The position numbers were made by a program, and so were the translations under genes. Positions 1 through 13,428 of a stretch of DNA of 64,000 nt are shown piece after piece. The stretch is from Alphaproteobacteria bacterium (GTDB taxonomy: Bacteria; Pseudomonadota; Alphaproteobacteria; GCA-2731375): the NCBI GenBank assembly GCA_965225945.1, contig CBDDBZ010000031.1:96001-160000 (forward strand). The letters are read 5' to 3'. Every line of letters begins with the position of its first letter. Position 1 is the stretch's first letter. The notes beneath the pieces were generated by a model that was given only the letters and a program-made list of their open reading frames with translations, was not told the origin of the DNA and did no database searches.

Positions 1-429
1 TCTCGCACGCACTTGGCGCTTGGGAAGGATACGCCCGATGGACGGCCCGTCCAGTCGGCCGACAGCGGAAAGGGGGTTGCGTTTCCTCGAGTTGGAGGAC
101 TTCATCACCGGTACGAGCGCCTCGCGGCCTAAGGACCGACAACGGCATTTGCCCCAGGAGGTGCTGCTAGAAGCGAGCGGCCCGTTTCCGCTGCGCCGAC
201 ACCGTTGAGAAAAAGAACACAGCGCCAACATTCAGCTTGTGCATATCGGTCGATGCGACCGTTGCAATCTTTCCGCCGGGTCCAACGACCGACACTGTCG
301 CCCGGGTCGTTCGTCTCGGACCCCCCCCCCCCCCGCGCTGCAGAATAGGTTTTGAGGAACGACAGGCCCGTGGCTGCCATCGGTTTCCTGGAGGCGCTTG
401 CGGCGGCATGGCGACCTTCAGACACATTA

Positions 430-1599
430 TACCAATCGGCCTTGAGGGAGACTCACTTTGAGGATTCCCATGGTGGATGATTTCTGACTCAATTCCGGTG
501 ATTCGGAGTTGAGGAGGTTCACCATGGGAGCGGCGATCGGGTTACGAGAGGATTTCGATGCGGCGGAGCTGCGTCGCTTGGCGAAGCTTGCCAAGGATGC
601 CGGCCAGAGCCGCCGGCTCTTGGCTCTCGCGGTGATCTATGACGGTGGGCGGCGGACGGATGCGGCACGGACCGGCCACGTGGGGCTTCAGGTGATCCGA
701 GATTGGGTGTTGCATTTCAACGCCGAGGGCCCGGACGGCTTGATCGATCGCAAGGCGCCCGGTGCGGTGGCGAAGCTCGACGATGCACAACGCCAGGCGC
801 TGGGGGCACGCGTCGATGCGGGGCCGAACCCGGCGGTCGACGGCGTGGTGCGCTGGCGGCTGAAGGATCTGGCGGGCTGGATCCGGGATATGTTCGCGAT
901 CTCGCTCGACGAGACCACGGTGAGCCGGGAATTGAAGGCGATGGGCTTCACGAAGATGACGGCGCGTCCGCGCCACCATGCCCAGGAGGAGGGCGTCATC
1001 GAGGATTTTAAAAAAATTCCCCGAGCTGGTGGCGCAAGCTCGCCGGCGCCTGCCCGACGGCACCGAGATAGAAATCTGGTGGCAGGACGAAGCCCGTGTC
1101 GGCCAGAAGAACAAGATCACTCGGCGCTGGGCGCGGCGCGGAACCCGGCCCCGCGCACCGCATGACCAGCGCACCAAATCAGCCTATATCTTCGGCGCCA
1201 TCTGTCCCGAACGCGGCGTCGGCGCCGCCCTCGTGCTCCCCCACTGCGACACCCAGGCCATGCAGCTGCATCTGGAGGAGATCTCCTCCCGGGTAGGCGC
1301 GCGCGCGCATGCCCTCCTGCTCCTCGATCAGGCGGGTTGGCACACCACGGACAAGCTGAAGATCCCCGCCAACGTTACCCTCCTGCCCCTGCCACCACGC
1401 TCGCCGGAGCTCAATCCGACCGAAAACATCTGGCAGTTCATGCGCGACAACTGGCTGTCCAACTTGGTCTTCCAATCCGACGAGCAGATCATCACCTCCT
1501 GCTGCGAAGCCTGGAACAAGCTCATCGATCAACCATGGAACATCACGTCCATCGGGCGGCGTAAATGGGCGCATGAGTTCTGATTAATGTCGATTGGTA
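430..1599 (+). mobile_element. IS630-family insertion sequence (two-ORF type)
   Basis: Imperfect terminal IRs: TACCAATCGGCCTTGAGGGAGACTCA on the left, revcomp TACCAATCGACATTAATCAGAACTCA on the right. TA at both ends. Encloses an HTH ORF and a DDE ORF. Confidence 0.9.
524..1583 (+). CDS. IS630 transposase split over two frames (orfA HTH, orfB DDE)
   Basis: orfB has WWQDEAR, LLDQAGWH and SPELNPTENIW motifs. The frames join at TTTTAAAAAAA (1006-1016). Confidence 0.85.
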
Positions 1600-1746
1600 T
1601 TAGGTCATAGTTCTCTCACATCGGCTCGAACGGTCACGGGCTACGGAGCTGCCTCATGAGAAGCTTCAAGCGGCACCTCCAATCCGCCGACACTGATGTC
1701 GGCTCCCATCGATATGGGCCGCGACGAAGCCTCCTGCAAGCTCACT

Positions 1747-1784
1747 CATCTATATCACATAAAGGACGTTATGTGATATAGATG
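1747..1784. promoter_or_regulatory. Putative tyrosine-recombinase core recombination site (16-bp perfect IR, 6-bp spacer)
   Basis: CATCTATATCACATAA-AGGACG-TTATGTGATATAGATG lies immediately upstream of the integrase ORF. Confidence 0.75.
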
Positions 1785-1792
1785 GCGCACCG

Positions 1793-2797
1793 ATGGTCGG
1801 AGCGGGGGAGGGGAGCATGGAAGTGCTCGGGACGAGCGGAGGGAGCCTGGTCGCGGGCGGCGGGAGCGTCGTCGTCCCGGCGATCGTCGCCGAGGCCGGC
1901 GAGGGGCCGGCGCGGCGCTTCCTGGAGTTCTTCGCCGCCAACATCCGCAATCCCAACACCCGGGCAGCCTACCGGCGGGCGATCGGCGACTTCCTCGCCT
2001 GGTGCGAGGGTTTCGAGCTGCGCCTCGGCGAGATCCAGCCGCTCCACGTCGCCGCCTATGTCGAGGAACTGACGCAGCGTTACCGCGCGCCCACCGTGAA
2101 ACAACGCCTCGCCGCCATCCGCATGCTGTTCGACTGGCTGGTGATCGGCCAGGTGCCGCCCGCCAACCCGGCCTCGGCCGTGCGCGGACCGCGCCACTCG
2201 GTCACACGAGGAAAAACCCCGGTGCTCTCGGCCGAGGAAGCGCGGACGCTGCTGAATTCGATCCCGCTCCAGACCATCGCCGGCTTGCGCGATCGGGCGC
2301 TGATCGGGGTGCTGATCTACAGTTTCGCGCGGATCGGCGCCGCCCTGGCGCTCCGGGTCGAGGACTACTACCCCCAAGACAAGCGCTGGTGGCTCCGCCT
2401 CCACGAGAAAGGCAGCAAACAGCACGAAATGCCGGCGCATCACAATCTGGAAGCCTATCTCGACGCCTATATCCAGGCGACGGGGATCGTCGGGGATCCC
2501 AAGGGGCCGCTGTTCCGGACGCTCTCACGCGGGAAGGGAAGGCCGCTCAGCGACAATCCGCTGCCGCGCGAGAACGCCTACGCCATGATCAAGCGCCGCG
2601 CCCGGGCTGCCGGGATCGCGACGCCGATCGGCTGCCATACGTTTAGGGCGACGGGGATCACCGCCTATCTGGAGGGCGGCGGCACCCTGGAGAACGCCCA
2701 AGTCATGGCCGCGCACGCCTCGACGCGGACGACGCAGCTATATGACCGGCGGCGGGATCAAATCACGCTCGATGAGGTCGAGCGGATCGGGATTTAG
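1793..2797 (+). CDS. Tyrosine recombinase/integrase
   Basis: N-terminal NPNTRAAY SAM-like region. Catalytic residues in FARIG (R), EKG (K), HTFR (HxxR), AH and TTQLYD (Y). Confidence 0.92.
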   Translation: MVGAGEGSMEVLGTSGGSLVAGGGSVVVPAIVAEAGEGPARRFLEFFAANIRNPNTRAAYRRAIGDFLAWCEGFELRLGEIQPLHVAAYVEELTQRYRAPTVKQRLAAIRMLFDWLVIGQVPPANPASAVRGPRHSVTRGKTPVLSAEEARTLLNSIPLQTIAGLRDRALIGVLIYSFARIGAALALRVEDYYPQDKRWWLRLHEKGSKQHEMPAHHNLEAYLDAYIQATGIVGDPKGPLFRTLSRGKGRPLSDNPLPRENAYAMIKRRARAAGIATPIGCHTFRATGITAYLEGGGTLENAQVMAAHASTRTTQLYDRRRDQITLDEVERIGI

Positions 2798-3126
2798 ACG
2801 AGAACCGCCTTCGTGGGAAGCCCGCTGACGGGCGAAAAGGACCCTCCGAAGGTATGCGCCCGGAAGAGACCGAGATCCGCTGACGGCCGTCTAAGCCCGG
2901 TATAGGGGGTGTCCCTCCGCCGTCAGCAAAAGGTGGTTTCTTGCTCCCCCTTCCCGGCTTCGCCGAATACCGCCGAGTTTGGCTGGGCAAAACGCCCCGC
3001 CGAAACGCTCGGCGTCTCGAGCCCGGTGCGATCCGCCGAGCGAAGCCGGGCCGCAAGCTTTCTCGCAGCGGTCACCAGCGCCAAGCGCGAGACGCCAGCG
3101 GAGCTGCCGGAGCCCTCAAGCGTGAG

Positions 3127-5973
<2,847 letters not shown>

Positions 5974-6125
5974 GGCAGGTGTCTTTCGGCGTGGTCGGCC
6001 CGCGCGCCGAGTGCACTATAGTGGTTCGCCCGCGGCCTGCGTAGGCATGCTCCCTCGCCCCCAGGCGGTCGGAAGGGGCGCGGGGCGGCACGGGAAATCA
6101 CCCGCTGGGGCGTTTGGTGTAGGAC

Positions 6126-7073
6126 ATGACCGATCACGGATCGAAGAAAGTGGTGTTTGCCGCGCTCGCCGGCAACTCGCTGATCGCCGTCACCAAGTTC
6201 GCGGCGGCGAGCTATACCGGCTCTTCTGCGATGCTGAGCGAGGCGGTCCACTCCCTGGTCGACACCGGCAACCAGGCGCTGCTGCTTTACGGCATGCGCC
6301 GCGCCGCCCGTCCGGCCGACAGCCGCCATCCCTTCGGCTACGGCATGGAGCTCTATTTCTGGACCTTCGTCGTCGCCATCCTGATCTTCTCGGTCGGCGC
6401 CGGCGTCTCGATTTACGAGGGCGTGAGCAAGCTGGCGGCGCCGACGGCGGTGACCAACGTCGTCGTCAACTTCGTGGTGCTGGGCCTGGCCATGGTATTC
6501 GAGGCCGGCGCCTGGTGGATCGCCTTCAAGGAATTCCGTGCCGTCAAGGGGCCGATCGGCTACCTGGCGGCGATCCGCGAGACCAAGGACCCGACCGTGG
6601 TGACAGTGCTGTTCGAGGACACCGCGGCGATGTTGGGTCTGCTCGTCGCCTTCGTCGCCATCGCGCTGGGCCATTGGCTCGGCCTGCCCGAGATCGACGC
6701 CGCCGCCTCCATCGTCATCGGCCTGATCCTGGGGGTGACCGCGGCGCTCTTGGCCTACGAGTGCAAGGGCCTGCTGATCGGCGAGTCGGCCACGTCGGCG
6801 ACGCTTTCCGAGATCGAGGGCGCGATCGGCGAACAGAAGGCAATTCTGAACGTCAACGAAATGCTGACCATGCATCTCGGCCCCCGGGACGTCCTGGTCA
6901 ACCTCAGCCTCGATTTCGAGGACGGGATTTCGGCCGAAGAGGTGGAGCGCGTGGTCTCCGAGCTCGAGGCGCGGATCAAGCAACGCGCGCCCGAAGTCAC
7001 GCGGGTCTCCGTCGAGGCACAGAGCTGGCTCGGCCACCTCCGGGCACACGGAGCGGGTCCCTCGGAGGCATAG
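6126..7073 (+). CDS. Cation diffusion facilitator (CDF) family transporter
   Basis: SEAVHSLVD, HPFGYG and LFEDTAA motifs; TM helices plus C-terminal dimerisation domain. Confidence 0.9.
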   Translation: MTDHGSKKVVFAALAGNSLIAVTKFAAASYTGSSAMLSEAVHSLVDTGNQALLLYGMRRAARPADSRHPFGYGMELYFWTFVVAILIFSVGAGVSIYEGVSKLAAPTAVTNVVVNFVVLGLAMVFEAGAWWIAFKEFRAVKGPIGYLAAIRETKDPTVVTVLFEDTAAMLGLLVAFVAIALGHWLGLPEIDAAASIVIGLILGVTAALLAYECKGLLIGESATSATLSEIEGAIGEQKAILNVNEMLTMHLGPRDVLVNLSLDFEDGISAEEVERVVSELEARIKQRAPEVTRVSVEAQSWLGHLRAHGAGPSEA

Positions 7074-7154
7074 CGAAGGGGTGGGCGGAGGGAGGACGAT
7101 TGGGGCTGGCGCGCGGCGCGACGATCGCCCACATTTAGGACCGATGGATCGAGC

Positions 7155-7958
7155 ATGCGACGCGCGTGGGACATATTTCGAGGGATTGGGCGCCGCCTCC
7201 GCTGGCCGGTGGCGGTTTTCGTCGTCTGTTTTTTGCTGCCGACGGCTCTCGCCCTCGGCGGCCGCCTGATCGGCGAGGCGCGTGGCATGAACTGGTGGGA
7301 AGCGCGCAACGACACCACGCATCAGGCGCCGGATCCGGCGAGGACGCCCGAGGCGGTGGTCGAGGTCTATACCGCCCGCGCCTTCGGCTGGCGCGGCGCC
7401 TTCGCCGTCCACACCTGGATCGCGGTGAAGCCGGAAGGCGCCGAGCATTACACCCGCTACGAGGTGATCGGCTGGTGGGTCTATCGCGGCCTTTCGGCGG
7501 TGGCGATCCGCCCGGGTATTCCCGATGCTCACTGGTTCGGAGCCAAGCCTTGGAAACTGTTCAGCCGGCGGGGCCGGGCGGCGGCGGCGCTGATCGAGGA
7601 GATCGATGCCGCCGCGCGGCGCTACCCCTATAGCGACAGCTACCGCGTCTGGCCCGGGCCCAATTCCAACACCTTCACCGCCTTTGTCGCCCGCGAGGTG
7701 CCGGGGCTCCGCCTCGAACTACCGGCGCTCGCCGTCGGCAAGGACTATCTGCCGGAGGGCCGGGTGATCGACAAGGCGCCGAGCGGCACCGGCTATCAGC
7801 TCTCGCTCGGCGGCGTCGTCGGGCTGACGATCGCCATGGAGGAGGGCTTCGAGATCAATCTGCTGGGTCTCACCTTCGGCCTCGACGCGACGCCGCCGGC
7901 GCTCAAACTGCCCGGAATAGGCCGCCTCGGCATGCCCCGGACCGATGAGGCCAAATGA
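7155..7958 (+). CDS. DUF3750-like protein
   Basis: AFAVHTWIAVKP, YRVWPGPNSNTF and GFEINLLGL motifs recalled for this family. Confidence 0.7.
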   Translation: MRRAWDIFRGIGRRLRWPVAVFVVCFLLPTALALGGRLIGEARGMNWWEARNDTTHQAPDPARTPEAVVEVYTARAFGWRGAFAVHTWIAVKPEGAEHYTRYEVIGWWVYRGLSAVAIRPGIPDAHWFGAKPWKLFSRRGRAAAALIEEIDAAARRYPYSDSYRVWPGPNSNTFTAFVAREVPGLRLELPALAVGKDYLPEGRVIDKAPSGTGYQLSLGGVVGLTIAMEEGFEINLLGLTFGLDATPPALKLPGIGRLGMPRTDEAK

Positions 7959-8000
7959 GGCCCGATGAGGCCCGCTGAGGCCCGATGAGGCCCGCTGAGG
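7941..8000 (+). repeat. Six imperfect 10-bp tandem repeats (CCCG[A/C]TGAGG)
   Basis: Units accgatgagg, ccaaatgagg, cccgatgagg, cccgctgagg, cccgatgagg, cccgctgagg span the stop codon of the upstream gene. Confidence 0.9.
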
Positions 8001-8017
8001 CGGCGTGGGCCTGTCGA

Positions 8018-8186
8018 GCGCTTGCCGACGCGGCGCTCGCCGACGGGCTCGCCGTCGACTACTATTTCGAGGTCTTCAACAGCATCGACGATCTCCTCGA
8101 CGGGATGGACCCGGCCAAGCCCAAGGCCGGCCCGCCCTTGCCCCGGCTCGACGACAAGGTCGGCATCGCCAAGGTGCTGACAGCCG
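8018..8186 (+). pseudogene. Degenerate partial duplicate of the PA14-domain gene and its promoter region
   Basis: 8031-8186 matches 13541-13696 with 8 mismatches. 8018-8036 matches 13361-13379. The intervening start codon and signal region are deleted. Confidence 0.88.
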
Positions 8187-8270
8187 CCGACAGGGGCAAA
8201 AGAGCCGGCAACTTCCGCGGCGACACTTGGTGCAAGCCTAACGGTCACTACCGTCTGGTATCATGCATGG

Positions 8271-9681
8271 TTAGACACTGAAGTACATTTCATACTCCAG
8301 CGGATGCGTCGTGGTCTCGTCAGCGTGTAGTTCCTCGCGCTTGAGATGGAGATAGCCGTCGATCATGTCGTCGGTGAACACGTTGCCCCTCTTCAAGAAG
8401 TCCCGGTCCGCCGAAAGCGCCCGGCATGCTTCACGCAGACTTCTGCAGACGGTCGGCAGATCTTGGATCTCTTCGCCCGACATCTCGTACAGGTTTTGCT
8501 CCATGGGTTCGCCGGGATCGATCCGGTTTTCAATCCCGTCGATGCCCGCCATCAACATCGCCGCGAACGCCAGGTAAGGATTGGCGGATGGGTCGGGAAA
8601 GCGAACCTCCACGCGTTTACCGTTGGGAGTCGTGACGTGCGGGATACGGCAAGCCGCGGAACGAATTTCGCGAGGCGTAGCAAAGAAACACCGGTGCCTC
8701 ATAGCCCGGAACCAACCGTTTATAGCTGTTCGTCGTGGCATTGGTGAAAGCGTTGAGCGCCCGGGCGTGTTTGACTATTCCACCGATATAGTGGAGCGCC
8801 GTTTCCGATAGCCCATCATAGCCGTCACCGGCAAAGACCGGATTTCCGTCCTTCCATATCGACTGGTGTGTATGCATGCCAGAGCCGTTGTCATACATCA
8901 CGGGCTTGGGCATGAAAGTCGCGGTCTTGCCGAAGGATTGGGCGACGTTGTGGATGGCATACTTGAACTTCTGAATGGTATCGGCGCAGCGTACCAAGGT
9001 ATCTAAGCGCAACCCGAGCTCGTGCTGGCTCGGCGCCACCTCGTGGTGGTGTTTCTCGACTTTGACACCCATCTTAATCAGCACTTCGAGCATTTCAGCA
9101 CGTATCGCGCCGCCGTGATCGACCGGCGCGACCGGGAAGTAACCGCCCTTCGCCCTCGGTCTATGGCCGAGATTACCGTCCGGGTATTCCCGACCCGAGT
9201 TGTAAGGACCCTCCACAGAGTCGATTTCATAAAACGAGGTCTTCTGCTCGACCGAGAAGCGGACACTATCAAACATGAAGAATTCTGGTTCGGGACCAAA
9301 GTAGGCGGTATCGCCAATGCCGCTCTCGGACAGGTAGAACTCAGCCCGTTTGGCGACCCCACGAGGGCCTCGGCCGTAGTGCTCGCCTGTGCGTGGTTCC
9401 TTGACATCGCAGATCAGCATCAATGTCGCCGTTTCCGAGAATGGATCCATGAACGCAGTCTCGGGACGTGGACTCAACAACATGTCGGATTCACTGATGT
9501 CCTTCCAGCCGACAATGGACGAGCCGTCGAACATGACGCCGTCGGCGAAAAGTTCGGCGTCCACTGCGCTCGAGTGATAGGTCAGGTGATGCCACTTGCC
9601 TCGTGGATCAGTGAAGCAGAAATCCACGTTTTTGATATTCGTTTCGTCGATGAGTTTGAGAATTGATTCAACGTCAGACAT
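8271..9681 (-). pseudogene. glnA: Type I glutamine synthetase with a single +1 frameshift
   Basis: FDGSSI, GPEPEFF, HHHEVA, NGSGMHTHQS and RVEVRFPDP motifs. One extra base at 8664/8665 breaks RNRSAACRIP. Could be a sequencing error. Confidence 0.88.
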
Positions 9682-9792
9682 CTTAGATCCTCCCATCTGC
9701 GTATCCATAACTCGTTCATCCCTATCACCATGTCTCGAATTGGAGAGTAAGTGTATATGCGATGCTGCGATCCAAGCGCAATTCTTATCAAA

Positions 9793-10137
9793 CTATAAGG
9801 AGGCGACTTCCATATCAGTCTTTCCACTACGTATTTGCACGCTATGATCCAAATTCAAGACAAAGACGCGGCCATCACCAATTTCACCCGTCGAAGCAGC
9901 GTCACGCAGCGTGCTCACGGCTTCGCCCGCGAGTTCCGACGATACGGCGAATTCGATCTTGGTCTTGGGCATGAAACCGACATCGTATTCGGCGCCACGA
10001 TAGAATTCTCGGCGCTCCTCGTGCGCGCCATACCGTCGTGCTTCCGTCACCAGCAACGCTTCCACCCCATGCGAGGCCAGAGCGCCGCGAACGTCTTCCA
10101 GCTTGTGAGATTGAATGATCGCAATGATGTATTTCAT
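9793..10137 (-). CDS. glnK: Divergent PII nitrogen regulatory protein (GlnK/GlnB-like)
   Basis: YRGAEY T-loop (Y51), K58 and TGEIGDGR B-loop; adjacent to amtB. Confidence 0.85.
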   Translation of the reverse strand: MKYIIAIIQSHKLEDVRGALASHGVEALLVTEARRYGAHEERREFYRGAEYDVGFMPKTKIEFAVSSELAGEAVSTLRDAASTGEIGDGRVFVLNLDHSVQIRSGKTDMEVASL

Positions 10138-10181
10138 CCGACTACCCCCTGCCCTGCTTCGCCCGAGCCCGAGATCGGGCC

Positions 10182-11561
10182 TTAGATTTCGTAACCGCGC
10201 TCACCATGCAGAGGCACGTCGAGCCCTTCCAACTCCACGCGTTCCTCTACCCGCAGGCCCATCGTGAGGTCGAGTACCTTCAGGATGACGAATGAGGCGA
10301 CGCCGCAATAAACCACGGTGACGATGATGCCCAAGGCCTGTGGCCAGAGTTGGGCGACGTTGCCTTCGATGACGCCGGGCGTGCCGCCGATCGCCTCGAC
10401 GGCAAACACCCCGGTGAGCAACGCGCCGACGATGCCGCCGATACCATGTACGCCGAAGGCGTCGAGGGAATCATCGTACTTCCCCCAGCCCTTCAGCGCG
10501 ACCGCGCCCCAATAGCACGCCGCGCCGGCGCAGATGCCGATGATCAGCGCGCCCATCGGGCCGACAAAGCCCGAGGCCGGCGTTATGGCGACCAAGCCGC
10601 CGACGGCGCCGGAGATGAGGCCGAGACCGCTCACTTGCCGGCGCATGAGCAATTCCACCAAGGCCCAGCTCAGAGCGGCGGCGGCGGCGGCGATTTGCGT
10701 GACCAGAAGCGCCATGCCGGCCGCGCCGTCGGCGGCGAGCGCGGAGCCGGCGTTGAAGCCGAACCAACCGACCCAAAGCAGGGAAGCACCGACGAAGCTC
10801 AGGACCAAGCTGTGCGGCGCCAAATATTCCTTGCCATAGCCCAATCGCGGCCCCACGACGATGGCGGCCACCAGTCCGGCGACGCCGGCATTGATGTGCA
10901 CCACCGTCCCGCCTGCAAAGTCGAGAACGCCAAAATCGCCGAGGAAGCCGCCACCCCAGACCCAATGGCAGATGGGCGCGTAGACGAGGATGAGCCAGGC
11001 CACGGTGAACACCATCAAGGCCGAGAACTTCATCCGATCGGCGAAAGCACCGCAGATCAGGGCCGGCGTGATGATGGCGAAGGTCATCTGAAAGGCCACG
11101 AAGACGCTTTCCGGGATCGTGCCGCTCAGGCTGTCCGTCCCCAAACCGTTCAGGAAGAGCCGATCCAGCCCCCCGATCACGGCATTGCCTTCACTGAAGG
11201 CGAGGCTGTAGCCGGCGATGACCCAGACGATAGTCGCGAGACAGCAAATTGCGAAACTCTGGACGACCATCGCCAGTGCGTTCTTGCGGCGCACCATGCC
11301 TCCGTAAAAGAGCAAGAGCCCCGGGATGGTCATCATCAGGACCAGAGCCGTCGCCACGAGCATCCATGCGGTATCCGCGCCGTTCAGCTTCGCGGTCGTC
11401 TCGTCGGCCAGCGCCGGCTCCGTGGACAACGCCAGCGCCGCCAAGGCAGCCCCAAACCCGATCGCCGGACGAGATCTCCAAGTCGCGGTGGTGGCGAAAC
11501 GCCGGGCCCATGACCAACGGCATCCCTTCGAGTTCATCAATCCGGGACGCGGTCTAGACAT
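10182..11561 (-). CDS. amtB: Ammonium transporter
   Basis: DTAWML, FQMTFAIIT, HWVWGGG, DFAGGTVVH, GWFGFNAGS and FGVHG motifs. Start codon uncertain. Confidence 0.95.
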   Translation of the reverse strand: MSRPRPGLMNSKGCRWSWARRFATTATWRSRPAIGFGAALAALALSTEPALADETTAKLNGADTAWMLVATALVLMMTIPGLLLFYGGMVRRKNALAMVVQSFAICCLATIVWVIAGYSLAFSEGNAVIGGLDRLFLNGLGTDSLSGTIPESVFVAFQMTFAIITPALICGAFADRMKFSALMVFTVAWLILVYAPICHWVWGGGFLGDFGVLDFAGGTVVHINAGVAGLVAAIVVGPRLGYGKEYLAPHSLVLSFVGASLLWVGWFGFNAGSALAADGAAGMALLVTQIAAAAAALSWALVELLMRRQVSGLGLISGAVGGLVAITPASGFVGPMGALIIGICAGAACYWGAVALKGWGKYDDSLDAFGVHGIGGIVGALLTGVFAVEAIGGTPGVIEGNVAQLWPQALGIIVTVVYCGVASFVILKVLDLTMGLRVEERVELEGLDVPLHGERGYEI

Positions 11562-11971
11562 TTCATCCCCCCCGAGAACACCTCTAAGTCACGCGGAATC
11601 GCATTGGAAACAAGTGTAGATTCGAAACTGACAAACCTCGATTGTTTAAAGGTCGCGATCTCGTCCCGTCATCATTTCGATGCAATCCATCGTTTGTGCC
11701 CCTTTGGTATGTCGACGGCGCCACTGCATGACGAGAGAGGTCGGGACGGAGCTGGGAGTCTAGCTGGAAGATCGCCTTGAGTCTTTACTTTGGATTCTCT
11801 TGAAATTCGAGGCGTTCAGGTGATGATGGGCCCGATCGGCGTCCTTATGGACAGAAGGCAAGACCCCGCCCGCACGGAGCTGCCTCAAGGGATGGACGGC
11901 GATGCGGTAAAGCTCCTTGGGTGAGGACATCGACACCAACGACCCCGAGCGGGCGATTGACCTTCCACGTC

Positions 11972-13096
11972 CTAGTGTCCCGATTCCGAAGTTCGCATGA
12001 TTTTCGCCTGCTGTTCAGCGGTTTCGATTGTTCGGAGGCAGAACCGCTGGATGGCGGCGAGGATGTCATCGGCGGATTTGGTCCATTTGAAGGGTTTGGG
12101 GTTCTGGTTTGTCGTGTCGATGTAGTCGAGGATGGTGCGCTCCAGCTCCTTGGTGGAGCGATGGACGCCGCGCCTGATCTGTTTGTCGGTCAGCAGCCCG
12201 AACCAGCGCTCGACCTGGTTGAGCCAGGAGGCGCTGGTGGGTGTGAAATGGGCCTGCCAGCGCGGCCGTTTGGCGAACCAGTCGCGGATCGCCTTGGTCT
12301 TGTGGGTCCCGTAGTTGTCCATGACGATGTGGATGTCGAGATCAGCAGGGACGTTCGCCTCGACGAGGTCGAGGAATTTGCGGAACTCTCGGGCCCGATG
12401 GCGCGGGAAACATTTGCCGATGATCTCTCCCGTGGCGATGTCGAGGGCCGCGAAGAGAGAGGTCGTGCCGTGGCGCTTGTAGTCGTGGCTGCGCCGCTCC
12501 GCCTGCCCGGGGCGCATCGGCAAGAGGGGCTGGGAACGGTCCAGGGCCTGGATCTGGCTCTTTTCGTCGACACAGAGAACCAGGGCACGATCCGGCGGCG
12601 CCAAATACAGACCGACGATGTCGCGGACCTTCTCCACGAAGAAGGGATCGCTCGACAGCTTGAAGGTCTCCGAGCGATGCGGCTGCAAGCCGAAGGCCCG
12701 CCAAATGCGATGAATGGTCGAGGGCGCGTGGCCGCTCGCCCGCGCCATCGAGCGAAGGCTCCAATGGGTCGCGTCCGGCGGCGTCTCTTCCAGCGTCAGC
12801 CGGACCGCTTCCGCGATGGCGTCATCGCCGATTTGACGCGGCGCGCCGGGGCGGGGTTCGTCGTACAGACCGTCGAGGCCCTCCGCCGCATAGCGGCGAC
12901 GCCACTTGCCCACGGTGTCCGCGCTCGCCTCGAGACGAACGGCGATCTCCTTGTTCTCCAACCCTTCCGCCGCCGCCAAGACGATCCGAGCCCGCCGCGC
13001 AAGCCCCTGCGACGTCTTGCGACGACGAGACAGCGCCTCCAATTCGGCGCGCTCGTCATCGCTCAAAGAGATCGTCACCGCCACTCTCGCCATCAA
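11972..13096 (-). CDS. IS630 transposase
   Basis: [19 protein letters not shown] and [13 protein letters not shown] motifs. Confidence 0.95.
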   Translation of the reverse strand: MMARVAVTISLSDDERAELEALSRRRKTSQGLARRARIVLAAAEGLENKEIAVRLEASADTVGKWRRRYAAEGLDGLYDEPRPGAPRQIGDDAIAEAVRLTLEETPPDATHWSLRSMARASGHAPSTIHRIWRAFGLQPHRSETFKLSSDPFFVEKVRDIVGLYLAPPDRALVLCVDEKSQIQALDRSQPLLPMRPGQAERRSHDYKRHGTTSLFAALDIATGEIIGKCFPRHRAREFRKFLDLVEANVPADLDIHIVMDNYGTHKTKAIRDWFAKRPRWQAHFTPTSASWLNQVERWFGLLTDKQIRRGVHRSTKELERTILDYIDTTNQNPKPFKWTKSADDILAAIQRFCLRTIETAEQQAKIMRTSESGH

Positions 13097-13156
13097 TCGC
13101 GCCTCCTGAAAACAAATAGAGACATAATCATATCAATTTATCGATCAGGACACTAG
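11972..13156 (-). mobile_element. IS630-family element (single-ORF type), copy 1
   Basis: CTAG at both ends with inverted CTAGTGTCC termini; nearly identical to 36604-37882. Confidence 0.93.
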
Positions 13157-13364
13157 GCTCCATCGCGGAGTTCGCGCGCGAACCTATCATCGATGGCATC
13201 GGGGACTTTCGCGCCGCCGCTCGCGAACGCGGCCGACGTCCGGCCCTTTCGCCCGAGCGGAAGATCGAAGTCCGCCGCCTGCGCGACAAGGCGGGACGCG
13301 AGATCGCCGAAATCGCCCCTTTTGTTCGAAGTTGAGCGCTGAACCGGCAGGCATCGGCTGGCGC

Positions 13365-13394
13365 TTGCCGACACGGCGCGCGCTCGCACATAAT
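13365..13394 (+). promoter_or_regulatory. Possible sigma70-like promoter of the PA14-bolA unit
   Basis: TTGCCG-N18-CATAAT upstream of a GGAGG RBS. Confidence 0.35.
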
Positions 13395-13428
13395 CCCGCC
13401 TTCGTCGAGGCGATCCGAGGAGAGGGAG

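Larger units (their letters stand above)
11900..13342 (+). pseudogene. Serine resolvase C-terminal remnant interrupted by IS630
   Basis: [12 protein letters not shown] before the IS joins GSIAEFARE after it, then frameshifted AAARERGRRPALS...EIAEIAPLFEV (HTH). Confidence 0.7.

Noticed and set aside
11681-11701. Sigma54 promoter or NtrC site upstream of amtB
   Set aside because: GG and GC are not spaced by 10 nt, and the TGCAC-N7-GTGCA pattern is not met.
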